IMG/VR virus record: IMGVR_UViG_3300023215_003041
Origin: a virus
Length of the DNA: 64,000 bases
Direction: 5' to 3' (one strand)
The notes under the pieces are model-generated. The model was not told the DNA's origin. It saw only the letters and a program-made list of their open reading frames with translations, and did not search any database. The position numbers were made by a program, and so were the translations under genes. Numbering within the stretch: the stretch's first letter is position 1; each line of letters begins with the position of its first letter. Shown here piece by piece: positions 55,691 through 64,000 of the stretch.

Positions 55691-55770
55691 CGGTTAGCAG
55701 CCCACGTGGCTCCTAATTATCGTCGATTTCCAAATTAACGCCCTAGCTTTTAGCTAGGGTGTTCTATTTT
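55691..55770 (+). ncRNA. candidate trans-acting antisense sRNA complementary to the conserved leader
   Basis: 5' hairpin 55692-55718, single-stranded AUCGUCGAUUUCCAAAUUA 55719-55737, terminator hairpin 55738-55762 plus U-rich tail; no ORF. Confidence 0.72.
55738..55770 (+). terminator. intrinsic terminator of the sRNA
   Basis: ACGCCCTAGCT-TTT-AGCTAGGGTGT-TCTATTTT. Confidence 0.7.
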
Positions 55771-55838
55771 GGCGCTTGAAAAATATTCAATCCTTTATTG
55801 TTTTCGGTATACTGAGGCAAATTTAAAGGAAATCGACG

Positions 55839-56327
55839 ATGAAAGAACTCTCTAACGAGGTGCGGTCTCAACGACATTCTTTGACCCCCGACGAACTAAC
55901 TACCTACCTACAATTAGAGATAGATGATCCTGATGGCGCTCCCGTCGTTATCCGACTTACGGATAAGAAAACCACCGACTGGAATGGAGTTACATGGGTT
56001 AAATCACCTTTCCAGCTTTCAGGGGTTTCTAAAAATTCAAGCAGCGAACGAAATCGGCCAAGTCTAACGTTACCGAATGAAGGCGGCATTTATAGTTACT
56101 ATATAAATCGAAGCTTGCTGGAAGATGCAATTGTAACTCGTTATAAAGCTATGCCCCATGAGTCGGCCAGTTCCCTTGTTTCTAAGCACGTATATTACGT
56201 ATCTCACCCGAGTAATATCGCGGGGGACCTACTTACTCTGCAATTGCGCCGGTTATCGGATGCCAACAAATATCAAATCCCCCCGAACCGGTATACTCAA
56301 CCCGAGTTTAGTACGGTGATAGTATGA
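55839..56327 (+). CDS. minor tail protein (gpL-like)
   Basis: RPSLTL...LEDAIVTRY; synteny. Confidence 0.6.
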   Translation: MKELSNEVRSQRHSLTPDELTTYLQLEIDDPDGAPVVIRLTDKKTTDWNGVTWVKSPFQLSGVSKNSSSERNRPSLTLPNEGGIYSYYINRSLLEDAIVTRYKAMPHESASSLVSKHVYYVSHPSNIAGDLLTLQLRRLSDANKYQIPPNRYTQPEFSTVIV

Positions 56328-56809
56328 TGAATGACTTAACCCCTTATCTTGGTCGCCCTTATGAGCAAGGTATTGTTGATTGCTTTACCGTGGTGCAAGA
56401 CTTTTATAAAGACAAGTATCAAATATTGGTGCGCAACTACGCACGTCCGGCCAATTGGGCAGGGGTCCCAGGCCTCGACTTCTTTACCGATAAGTTTGAA
56501 GCCGAAGGTTTCGAGGATACGGGTAACTCCGCACATCGTGTTCGTTATGGTGACGTTCTTATGATGCGTATCGCTGGAAGCGAGGTTGTAAATCATGTGG
56601 CGATATATGTGGGACGTCAAAAGATCCTACACCATTTGGAAGGTCGTTTAAGTGAGGTTGTTGATTATAGTCCCCGCTGGCGTAACCGTGTAGTGAAAGT
56701 AGTCCGTCATAATCAGATAGAAACGATGCTAACTGCCGAAGTATTTCGTAATCTTCATAAAGGACTCCCTGCCCACTTAAAAGCGAAGCTAAGGGGTAAA
56801 ACGATATGA
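56324..56809 (+). CDS. NlpC/P60 tail-tip protein (gpK C-terminal-like)
   Basis: GRPYEQGIVDCF, GDVLMM, NHVAIYVG, ILHHL. Confidence 0.85.
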   Translation: MMNDLTPYLGRPYEQGIVDCFTVVQDFYKDKYQILVRNYARPANWAGVPGLDFFTDKFEAEGFEDTGNSAHRVRYGDVLMMRIAGSEVVNHVAIYVGRQKILHHLEGRLSEVVDYSPRWRNRVVKVVRHNQIETMLTAEVFRNLHKGLPAHLKAKLRGKTI

Positions 56810-57141
56810 AGGAACTGAAACAATATTGGGGCTCTGAGTTCGAGCGTTGTGGTTTCATCTTAAAATCAGGGGAGATTGTCGAGGTTACTAATATCGCTAA
56901 CAACCCTGAAAAAGAATTTCAGGTCTCAGATGAGGACTTCGAAAAATATTACGCCGACACTGTGGCGTCATGGCACACTCACACGGATACTTTTTCAAAT
57001 CTAAGCTTGTCGGATTATTATACTTTTTTAGCTCTACCTGAATGGAAGCATTGGATAGTCTCTCAACATAAAACCGTTCAATTTTATGTCGAGGGTAAAG
57101 ACGTATTTGTAGGGGAGGTTATCCCACATGGTGACGATTAA
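56806..57141 (+). CDS. JAB/MPN tail-tip protein (gpK N-terminal-like)
   Basis: ERCGFI, WHTHT...SLSD. Confidence 0.8.
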   Translation: MKELKQYWGSEFERCGFILKSGEIVEVTNIANNPEKEFQVSDEDFEKYYADTVASWHTHTDTFSNLSLSDYYTFLALPEWKHWIVSQHKTVQFYVEGKDVFVGEVIPHGDD

Positions 57142-57907
57142 ATTAGTAGGTTTTAATAAGAAAATCCCTCAAGAGATAAAAACCGAAGCTACGAGCTATC
57201 GTGAAGCTTTAGAGGCTTTAAAGATGCAAGAAGGTTTTAACCCTAGAACGTCTAAAGTTCGTTACGTGTGTGAAATCCCTGAGGTAAAATCAATTATTGA
57301 CTTAGATGAACCTGTAGCTAATGGCCTATTAACCTTGAAGCGAAAGCAAACCCTCAATACGTTGCGGGGCTTTCAAGGTAGTGGTGAAAGTAACGGATGG
57401 GTTAAAGTGATTGTAGGCGTCGTTTTAATTGCCGTGGCTGTTTATATGCCCACGGTTTCAGCGGGGTTCGCTGCGCTAGGTTCTGCTGGGATGGTAAATC
57501 TTAATCTTCTTATAGGAAGCGTAGGGCTAGCGTTTATTTCTGGGGGTATTGCGCAAGAATTATTACCGGAAGTAGGTGGGGGTAGTGAAACCGAGGACTC
57601 GAGTAACACGGCCACGTCTTATCCCAACACCGTAGCCTCAGGGACTACAAGGGCAATGATATTTGGGAAGCACCGCTTTGGCGGACATTTATTTCAATTC
57701 AATATTGAGAGCGTTCGAGGAAATTCCGCTACCATCCGAGAGTTTACGGATGTAATATGGGATGATATTAGTGAGAATAAGCGTGATTCGTGGCTAACTC
57801 TTTATTACAACAGTGAATCAAATCAAGTTGGCCAAACATATTACACAGGGGCGCAAACGGTTTATAAGGATGGAATTCGTTCTCCTAATAATCCAAATAA
57901 CCCTTAA
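57128..57907 (+). CDS. tail assembly protein (gpI-like)
   Basis: Ubiquitin-like N-terminus, central hydrophobic Gly/Ala stretch, GTTRAMIFG. Confidence 0.7.
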   Translation: MVTIKLVGFNKKIPQEIKTEATSYREALEALKMQEGFNPRTSKVRYVCEIPEVKSIIDLDEPVANGLLTLKRKQTLNTLRGFQGSGESNGWVKVIVGVVLIAVAVYMPTVSAGFAALGSAGMVNLNLLIGSVGLAFISGGIAQELLPEVGGGSETEDSSNTATSYPNTVASGTTRAMIFGKHRFGGHLFQFNIESVRGNSATIREFTDVIWDDISENKRDSWLTLYYNSESNQVGQTYYTGAQTVYKDGIRSPNNPNNP

Positions 57908-57948
57908 GCCTTAAATAATTTAATTTATCGACGATATTAGGAACTTAA

Positions 57949-60900
57949 GTGGCTAATAACCAATTTAAGGGAACCGGTGGTGGTGGCGGAAGTAGCGCCT
58001 CTAACCAAGAAGATAATCTCTTTTCTACAGACGCTTTTGAATTTGTCCTAGGGATTTCCGAGGGGCCTATTGGTGGTATTGTCGGGGATACCCCTGAGGA
58101 AAAGTTACAAAATATATTTGTCGATGATGTACCGGTTTTTAATAGCATAAATGAGTCTAATTTCGATAACTCGAGTCTGATGATTCGTTTTGAAAATGGC
58201 ACTCCACTTAGCGCTAAAGAGGATGCCGAGGAAGGTCAGACTCCTATTTGGTTTTGCTTAGGTGGGCAAAATATTACGCAGCAAGTTTCCAGCAATCTCG
58301 CCTATGCCAGCCCCGTAACAAGAACTACCGTCCCAACTACGAAAGGTTTTGATGAGATAGAGCTGCGTTTTATCGTTTCTCAACTCGTTAAATATACGGA
58401 TGAAGGGTCGAAGAATAATACTTTATCTCTCGAGATAGCTTACAAAAATATTTTAGATAGTGAATGGACGATCAAAAACGTCTCTTTTACAGGTAAAACC
58501 ACGATTAGCCCTTTTGTAAAAGTGCATAATATCGTGATGCCTCGCACAAAACCTGAGGACCAGTTTGAAATACGTGTTAAGCGATTATCTCAAGATTCAA
58601 CAGATGAAGACATTGCCGAAGTTAACTGGGCCTCCTATGAATTACTCACGAAGACAGGGGACGCTTACACCGATAATGGTGTTGAGTATGACGACCCAGA
58701 CCTTGAGTACCACCCAGGGCTTTCGATGCTGCATGTTGCGGGAGTTTTAGGCCAGCAACTTACATCCATCCCCACCGTAAATGCTAATTACTATGGGCTT
58801 GAGTGCGCTATCCCGAGCAATTACGATCCCATCACTAAAACCTATGACGAAACAGAGGTTTGGAATGGCCAATTTAAAGCAAAGAAACATTGGACAGATA
58901 ACCCTTTTTGGATTGCTTATGAATTGGTGACTAATCTCGACTGGGGTATGGTTCGTTACAACCCTCGAGTGAAGATAAATCGCTATTCGGTTTATCGTAT
59001 GGCTAAGTACGCTGACGGTTACGACCTTCACACAGATGAAAAGAATTTAACTAACCCGATAACGGGTGAGCAACAGGCCGCACGTTATACCTTCAATATT
59101 GTGTTAACCAGCCCAAAAAACGGATGGGATATCCTACGGTATGTGTTGGGAAGTGCTTTTGCTCGACCGATAGAAACAGACTTAGGGGAAATAAAATTTC
59201 TTGCGGATTTACCCGAAGCCCCTGTGGCCACAATCACCCCCGAAATGTGTGTGTCTTCCTCAGGGGGGAGTCCTTACAATTACAATTTCTCGGCGATATC
59301 TGAAAGACACAACGCGCTAACCTCAAGTTACATTGATGCGTCGATGGATTATCAAGAGCAGTATGTCTCAGAGATAAGAGACGAGGACTCAATCAATAAA
59401 TACGGGCTTAACCCTTACGAATTTGAAGCCGTAGGCGCTACTGATATTTGGGAAGTTAAGCGTCGTATGACTTTTTATCTTTCCTCCGTCACCACAGAAA
59501 CGCGAACGATATCTTTTAGTAGTACTTTACAAGGTATGGCGTTTGAGCCCATGGATATTATCAACATCGTTGATCCTGTTGCTGGATACGCATATTCCGG
59601 TCGAGCGGTGAAGCTGGAGACTAAAGCTATAACACTACGTGACCCTGTGTATTTTGATGAGGCTGGGGTTTACAACGTTACGGTTATGGGGACTAGCGAG
59701 GACTATAGTTACACCACGCAAATTTCTTCCTCAAACCTAGATCAACCTATTTACCGGTTAAAAATACAAGGCTTTTTACCCGATTTATCACAGTTCAATC
59801 GCTATCCTCCCGTGGTTATTTCCGCGTCGGAAGAAGGTCAGATAATTGGTCTTCCTAAACCTTATCGGATATTAAAATGCAGTGAAAATACGTCGATAAA
59901 AGGGGTATATGATTTTGTTTGCCAAGAGGTGAATCTTAATAAACACGTCGATGCGGATAACCTGATAATTTCGGAAGCGCCCCAACACTCATTTCTATTA
60001 AAGCCTCAAGTTCGTAAAGTAACGAATTTACGGATTGTTGATGAAGAACATTTACAGTTGCGTGGATTAGAGCAAATAAATTTATGGGTTGCTTGGGATA
60101 TCGTTGCACCTTTACCGCCTGGGGGTTACTTCGAGATTAAGATTAAAGAGGAATCTACGAATGGTCGCGAGTATATTTCTAAAACCGTTAACCAATACTT
60201 TGAAATACAGAACGTAAAAATTGGGGACGTCCGTATTGAGGTTCGCAGTGTGCAGGGAGATACCCAGAGCGCATGGACAACCTTAGACTGGGTGACCACG
60301 ATGGTACTGTCTGCAGATATGAAAGACCAAGGGGTATCCCCTGAAATCAGTATTAAATACGAGAACTACACCCTTACGATAGAAAGCAAGGTTATGTATC
60401 AGTTTGGGGAACTGGATATTCAACAGATAGACCTCTTAGAAACCAGTAGCGTTCAAGGTATACAGTTCAACATCCACAATGATTTAGACCCTGAGAATAG
60501 GCCTTTATTATTTACCAAAATAGGTAAATCTACGCTTCAAGTTACCAAAAGTGATTTTGAAATTGCGGTCTCCGGCGGGGAACTTCCTAGTAATTTATAT
60601 ATAACGGCTAGGGTTATTGACCTTGCAGGGGGAACTTACCCTAATTTATTAGAAAGTCCTCTATCATTTCTGGTTAGTACCCCTGTGGCGGCGATTACGA
60701 ATCTTAGCTACGAGTATGTTGATTCAGATGAAACACCGCACTTATTGACGTGGGACGATAACAATTACGCCTATCAAGTAATAATCTATAAGCCTGATGG
60801 GCGCACGATACAGGATTCTTACCAGACTTATTCAGCTAGCCAAGCCTTCGGGTTTCTTAAGGCTGAGACTGGCTATGTGGCGTCCGTGGCGGGGGTATCT

Positions 60901-62679
60901 TCAACATTGAAGTATGGGACACCTACAAAAATAACTTTTAATGTTAGTGCGCCCCCAACCCCAGAGGACGACCCGACGATCCTTAATCAAGAAGGGGTAA
61001 TAACTCTTACCCCACCTAAGGTCTCGGTAAACACGTCTTACTATGAATTCAAATATCATTCTGAGAATGTCATTAGTGATGCGGCGGATTACTCGAATGG
61101 TGACTCAATAACCTTATATGCCCAACGCGCCGGACAATCATTCCATATCTGGTATAGGTTATCCTCTCGGGAGGGATTCGGAATTTGGCGCCATCATAAT
61201 GTAATAGCGGAAAAAGCCTTCACGCCGGATGTTGACGAGATATTTGATGGTATTGTTAATAAAGAAGATACCCCTTGGGGAGCTTCGCTAAGCCAGAGAT
61301 TATCGACTATTGCTGCGGACCTTGAGGTATGGAGTGAACAACAGGGCGAACTTGGACAAAATTATTCTACGTTGCAATACAACGTTTCGGGCCTAGTTTC
61401 AGAAAACCAATTACGTGCGCTCGATATACTAGCGATTAAGGAAAAAGTTGGGGATACGAGTGTTCAAGCTCAGATAACGGAATTTAAAAATGTCCAGATA
61501 GGCTACGAAGATGCGCAAGGAAATTGGGTTGAAGGTGCGGCCTTTGCCCAAGCTTTTAGTGAAGCAAAAATTCTTAATAGTTCAGGTGATTACGTAACCG
61601 CGTTCTCATACTTCCATGCGATTGAAGATGCTTTAGGAGAGTTATCGGGACGCATTGAATTTGCGATAGATGCTAATGGGCATGTGACCGGTATATTTAT
61701 TGACGGTAGTGAGTCAGCATCAAGAATAACATTTCAATCTCAAAATACTTCTTGGGTCGATCTGCAAGGCAATATCGTCTTAGGTGTTAATTCCTCTACC
61801 AACGAGCTTGAATTCCATGGGAGCGGGACCTTTTCAGGGGCCTTAAAATCCCCAACATATGAAATGATTGGTGATGAATATATGAAAGTGGAGAGAGCAG
61901 CCCCTTTCGGGCCGGATAACCTACGATTATGGAAGGGGCCTGTTATTTTAGGACCAAATAATGAACCCGACTACGCCAATCTCACTAAATCTAATGGTGT
62001 TGCTTGGGAAGATGAGGATGGCTTTGAATTCAAAGGTGGTGGTCTTACTTTATCTGGAGTGCTGGAAACCAGCGCCCTTCGGGTAGGTTCAGGGTTAATG
62101 ATTTCAGACGCCAATAAGACCGCCCCAATCATTGTTATGAGTATGGCTAATTCACGCTCGAACGCACAAGTATTTAGGTCGCTAACAAGTAATAAATTTG
62201 TGGGTCCTACATATGAGCGTGAAGAAGGGCAGATATACGACAACTGGCGGTTAGTTAACTATAAAAGTGATTTGTGGTTAAAGGTGTTGTGCGTTAAACA
62301 TGCTGGAAATAACAAGCCGATGACCGTTGAAGTAAAAACTTTTTACACAATGGTAGATACAGCACATCCGGCCCACAATACGTGGGAAACCATAAGTAGC
62401 ATTTCGGTTGACTATTCATACGATTACGGGACGTTATACATGCCATATGTTTACACAACGCGAGAGGAGCCGTGGGAAACCCTCAGTGTTCAAGTAACGG
62501 CGAACAGTACGGATAGCGCAGGGAAACCCTTGTCTTTGTCGCTAGAAATTCAAGCGTTTAATAACGTTTCAAGCCCTAGAACAGAACACACAATTACAGG
62601 GGACACATACGAACCCGAAGACACCCAGCCAACAGTGCCAGGGATACCGTGGTGGAAAACTGGCCATCCAGGGCCGTAG
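57949..62679 (+). CDS. central tail fibre / host-specificity protein (gpJ-like)
   Basis: GISEGPIGG, WTDNPFW, RYTFN, FEAVGAT; FN3-like middle; 1576 aa. Confidence 0.88.
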   Translation: MANNQFKGTGGGGGSSASNQEDNLFSTDAFEFVLGISEGPIGGIVGDTPEEKLQNIFVDDVPVFNSINESNFDNSSLMIRFENGTPLSAKEDAEEGQTPIWFCLGGQNITQQVSSNLAYASPVTRTTVPTTKGFDEIELRFIVSQLVKYTDEGSKNNTLSLEIAYKNILDSEWTIKNVSFTGKTTISPFVKVHNIVMPRTKPEDQFEIRVKRLSQDSTDEDIAEVNWASYELLTKTGDAYTDNGVEYDDPDLEYHPGLSMLHVAGVLGQQLTSIPTVNANYYGLECAIPSNYDPITKTYDETEVWNGQFKAKKHWTDNPFWIAYELVTNLDWGMVRYNPRVKINRYSVYRMAKYADGYDLHTDEKNLTNPITGEQQAARYTFNIVLTSPKNGWDILRYVLGSAFARPIETDLGEIKFLADLPEAPVATITPEMCVSSSGGSPYNYNFSAISERHNALTSSYIDASMDYQEQYVSEIRDEDSINKYGLNPYEFEAVGATDIWEVKRRMTFYLSSVTTETRTISFSSTLQGMAFEPMDIINIVDPVAGYAYSGRAVKLETKAITLRDPVYFDEAGVYNVTVMGTSEDYSYTTQISSSNLDQPIYRLKIQGFLPDLSQFNRYPPVVISASEEGQIIGLPKPYRILKCSENTSIKGVYDFVCQEVNLNKHVDADNLIISEAPQHSFLLKPQVRKVTNLRIVDEEHLQLRGLEQINLWVAWDIVAPLPPGGYFEIKIKEESTNGREYISKTVNQYFEIQNVKIGDVRIEVRSVQGDTQSAWTTLDWVTTMVLSADMKDQGVSPEISIKYENYTLTIESKVMYQFGELDIQQIDLLETSSVQGIQFNIHNDLDPENRPLLFTKIGKSTLQVTKSDFEIAVSGGELPSNLYITARVIDLAGGTYPNLLESPLSFLVSTPVAAITNLSYEYVDSDETPHLLTWDDNNYAYQVIIYKPDGRTIQDSYQTYSASQAFGFLKAETGYVASVAGVSSTLKYGTPTKITFNVSAPPTPEDDPTILNQEGVITLTPPKVSVNTSYYEFKYHSENVISDAADYSNGDSITLYAQRAGQSFHIWYRLSSREGFGIWRHHNVIAEKAFTPDVDEIFDGIVNKEDTPWGASLSQRLSTIAADLEVWSEQQGELGQNYSTLQYNVSGLVSENQLRALDILAIKEKVGDTSVQAQITEFKNVQIGYEDAQGNWVEGAAFAQAFSEAKILNSSGDYVTAFSYFHAIEDALGELSGRIEFAIDANGHVTGIFIDGSESASRITFQSQNTSWVDLQGNIVLGVNSSTNELEFHGSGTFSGALKSPTYEMIGDEYMKVERAAPFGPDNLRLWKGPVILGPNNEPDYANLTKSNGVAWEDEDGFEFKGGGLTLSGVLETSALRVGSGLMISDANKTAPIIVMSMANSRSNAQVFRSLTSNKFVGPTYEREEGQIYDNWRLVNYKSDLWLKVLCVKHAGNNKPMTVEVKTFYTMVDTAHPAHNTWETISSISVDYSYDYGTLYMPYVYTTREEPWETLSVQVTANSTDSAGKPLSLSLEIQAFNNVSSPRTEHTITGDTYEPEDTQPTVPGIPWWKTGHPGP

Positions 62680-62692
62680 GGAGGGGTAATCA

Positions 62693-64000
62693 ATGAGTGC
62701 ATATGAATTTTTCTTAACAGACGTAACCTTTACCGAGGGTGACGCAGTAGCACAAATAAATAACGCCGAGAGTGCTTTTGGTGCTATTGAAGGTAGTCAG
62801 GTATTTGTTGCCGGTGTAGATATACCGGAAACGTTGGTTACAGTGAATAACACTGCTAGGACGATTACGCTTAGCCGACCATGGCCGCGTGACAATGCGC
62901 AAAATGTAGAAGTAAAGATAAGCCCCGTTGCCAGTGCCGCGGCGCAAATGAGTGCCTTAACCGCGAATCGAGAACTATTTAACTCCTTTAACGAAAGCGC
63001 TGTAGATTTAGTTGAAACCTATGAAAATGCGGTAGCAACAATAACAGCGCAACCCAGTGTTCGGGCATTTGAAGGGTACGTTGACACTGGGGATTTTTCT
63101 GCGGGTACTTATGCAACAAAGGATATTGTTAAAAGCGCAAATGGTAAAACGTATATCTGTATAGACGGTTACACTGCTGACTCAAATAGCCCACAACCTG
63201 AAAACGACACGGTGCATTGGTTTACGTGGCAAGGGGTTACGTTTGACCGCTTAAATTACGTAGACTTCGGGCTGTTTGGACACAAGGATGTAGGGGGGAT
63301 AGTAAGTTATTTCTTTGGTACTCTACCTTCGGAAAAAATAGATAACCAAGCAGCATTTGAAAAGTGTAGAGATTTCGCTATTGCGATTGGCTGTAAGACA
63401 ATCTATATCCCCGAAGGTTGTTGGTATTTCAATATTGATAATAATCCTATTGAAATATTTACTACGCTCAACATTGTTGGAGCGGGGCGCGAGTTAACGC
63501 AGCTATTTGCGAATTTCTCTAATCACCCGTGGCCGATTGACCAGCGAACCGCGTTATTTCATTTCTCAGGGTGTAGGGGTAGCATTAAAGAATTCCACAT
63601 ACGTTCTAACTCATATTTTGGAGTCGGGCTATTGTTTACCGGTACAGTAGGCGATAACCAAAAAATGTGGCTGCATCGTGTCGCTGTGTATTCGTGCCGC
63701 TGGGGGGTTAACGTGCCAGAGGGTGAGTGCATTAACCAAATGTCGATAGAGGAATGTCGATTCGATGGTAACTATTTTTCTGGTTGGCGGTTGGTGTCGT
63801 TTGGTAACGGGCAGGCATACGCGCACCATGCACCCATTCATTTCCGCAACGTTATATTAAACGGTAATGGCCCAACAGCATTCGCAAGATCTGCGGTTTA
63901 TACTAATGACGCAGGTGAACAAATACCCGTTGCTACCGCTGAAAATCAGACTGGCACCCAGATGCTATTCAAAGGCTTCGCTAACGTTCAATTTATTGGC
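62693..64000 (+). CDS. tail spike / fibre, partial (runs off the window)
   Basis: Frame open from ATG 62693 (absent from the supplied track because no stop); DNQAAFEKC...IYIPEGCWY...IVGAG beta-helix cap signature; CBM5/12-like segment KDIVKSANGKTYICIDGYT...HW. Confidence 0.8.
   Translation, partial: MSAYEFFLTDVTFTEGDAVAQINNAESAFGAIEGSQVFVAGVDIPETLVTVNNTARTITLSRPWPRDNAQNVEVKISPVASAAAQMSALTANRELFNSFNESAVDLVETYENAVATITAQPSVRAFEGYVDTGDFSAGTYATKDIVKSANGKTYICIDGYTADSNSPQPENDTVHWFTWQGVTFDRLNYVDFGLFGHKDVGGIVSYFFGTLPSEKIDNQAAFEKCRDFAIAIGCKTIYIPEGCWYFNIDNNPIEIFTTLNIVGAGRELTQLFANFSNHPWPIDQRTALFHFSGCRGSIKEFHIRSNSYFGVGLLFTGTVGDNQKMWLHRVAVYSCRWGVNVPEGECINQMSIEECRFDGNYFSGWRLVSFGNGQAYAHHAPIHFRNVILNGNGPTAFARSAVYTNDAGEQIPVATAENQTGTQMLFKGFANVQFIG

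Larger units (their letters stand above)
3632..55841. promoter_or_regulatory. conserved translation-initiation leader (AATTT)GGAAATYGACGAT(G/ATG), 30 copies
   Basis: Precedes ATG at (-) 3634, 4761, 9116, 10252, 13275, 15660, 17068, 19567, 21632, 22716, 23054, 24547, 25115, 26158, 27986, 29078, 30842, 31362, 32226, 32712, 33064, 34265, 37945 and (+) 39861, 41397, 43022, 47646, 48536, 49216, 55839. Confidence 0.95.

Noticed and set aside
55693-55737. Reading the sRNA locus as a minus-strand leader plus SD plus mini-ORF (GTG GGC TGC TAA)
   Set aside because: Only 3 codons and no convincing minus-strand promoter seen, whereas the plus strand has promoter, structure and terminator. Not fully excluded without strand-specific RNA data.
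560-63841. Numerous short opposite-strand or overlapping ORFs in the track (e.g. 560..940, 9842..10294, 31775..32020, 53763..54350)
   Set aside because: Shadow frames of longer genes with clear motifs; no RBS or protein-like composition.
1-64000. tRNA genes, integrase, introns/inteins, diversity-generating retroelement
   Set aside because: No cloverleaf, recombinase, homing-endonuclease or reverse-transcriptase motifs recognised by eye; tRNAscan-SE and HMM searches would be needed to exclude them formally.

Overview
This is a 64-kb segment of a long-tailed dsDNA phage (siphovirus-like, lambda-type tail module), probably infecting a Vibrio-like gammaproteobacterium. The host is inferred from acrIF9-aca2, csrA and rdgC. 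Positions 1-37945 are almost all leftward. They hold replication/recombination genes (family A DNA polymerase, RdgC, 5'-3' exonuclease, SF2 helicase, ATP-dependent ligase, RNase H, primase-helicase) and a long accessory/anti-defence block (three DNA methyltransferases, DUF3560, RadC, CsrA, AcrIF9/Aca2, many small ORFs). Positions 38058-64000 are the rightward packaging, head and tail operon. No tRNA, rRNA, CRISPR array or integrase was recognised. Three things stand out. (1) Thirty genes share a translation-initiation leader, (AATTT)GGAAATYGACGAT(G/ATG). A predicted stand-alone ~80-nt RNA in the tail operon (about 55691-55770, own sigma70-type promoter and terminator) exposes the exact reverse complement of that leader between two hairpins, suggesting a genome-wide antisense riboregulon. 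(2) acrIF9-aca2 sits in an 810-bp transposase-less element with perfect 24-bp terminal inverted repeats and an 8-bp target-site duplication. (3) An 18-bp palindrome, GGTGGGG-N4-CCCCACC, occurs 12 times between accessory genes. Protein calls rest on motif recognition from memory; no database searches were run. Several supplied ORF starts were corrected to the ATG that follows the conserved leader.
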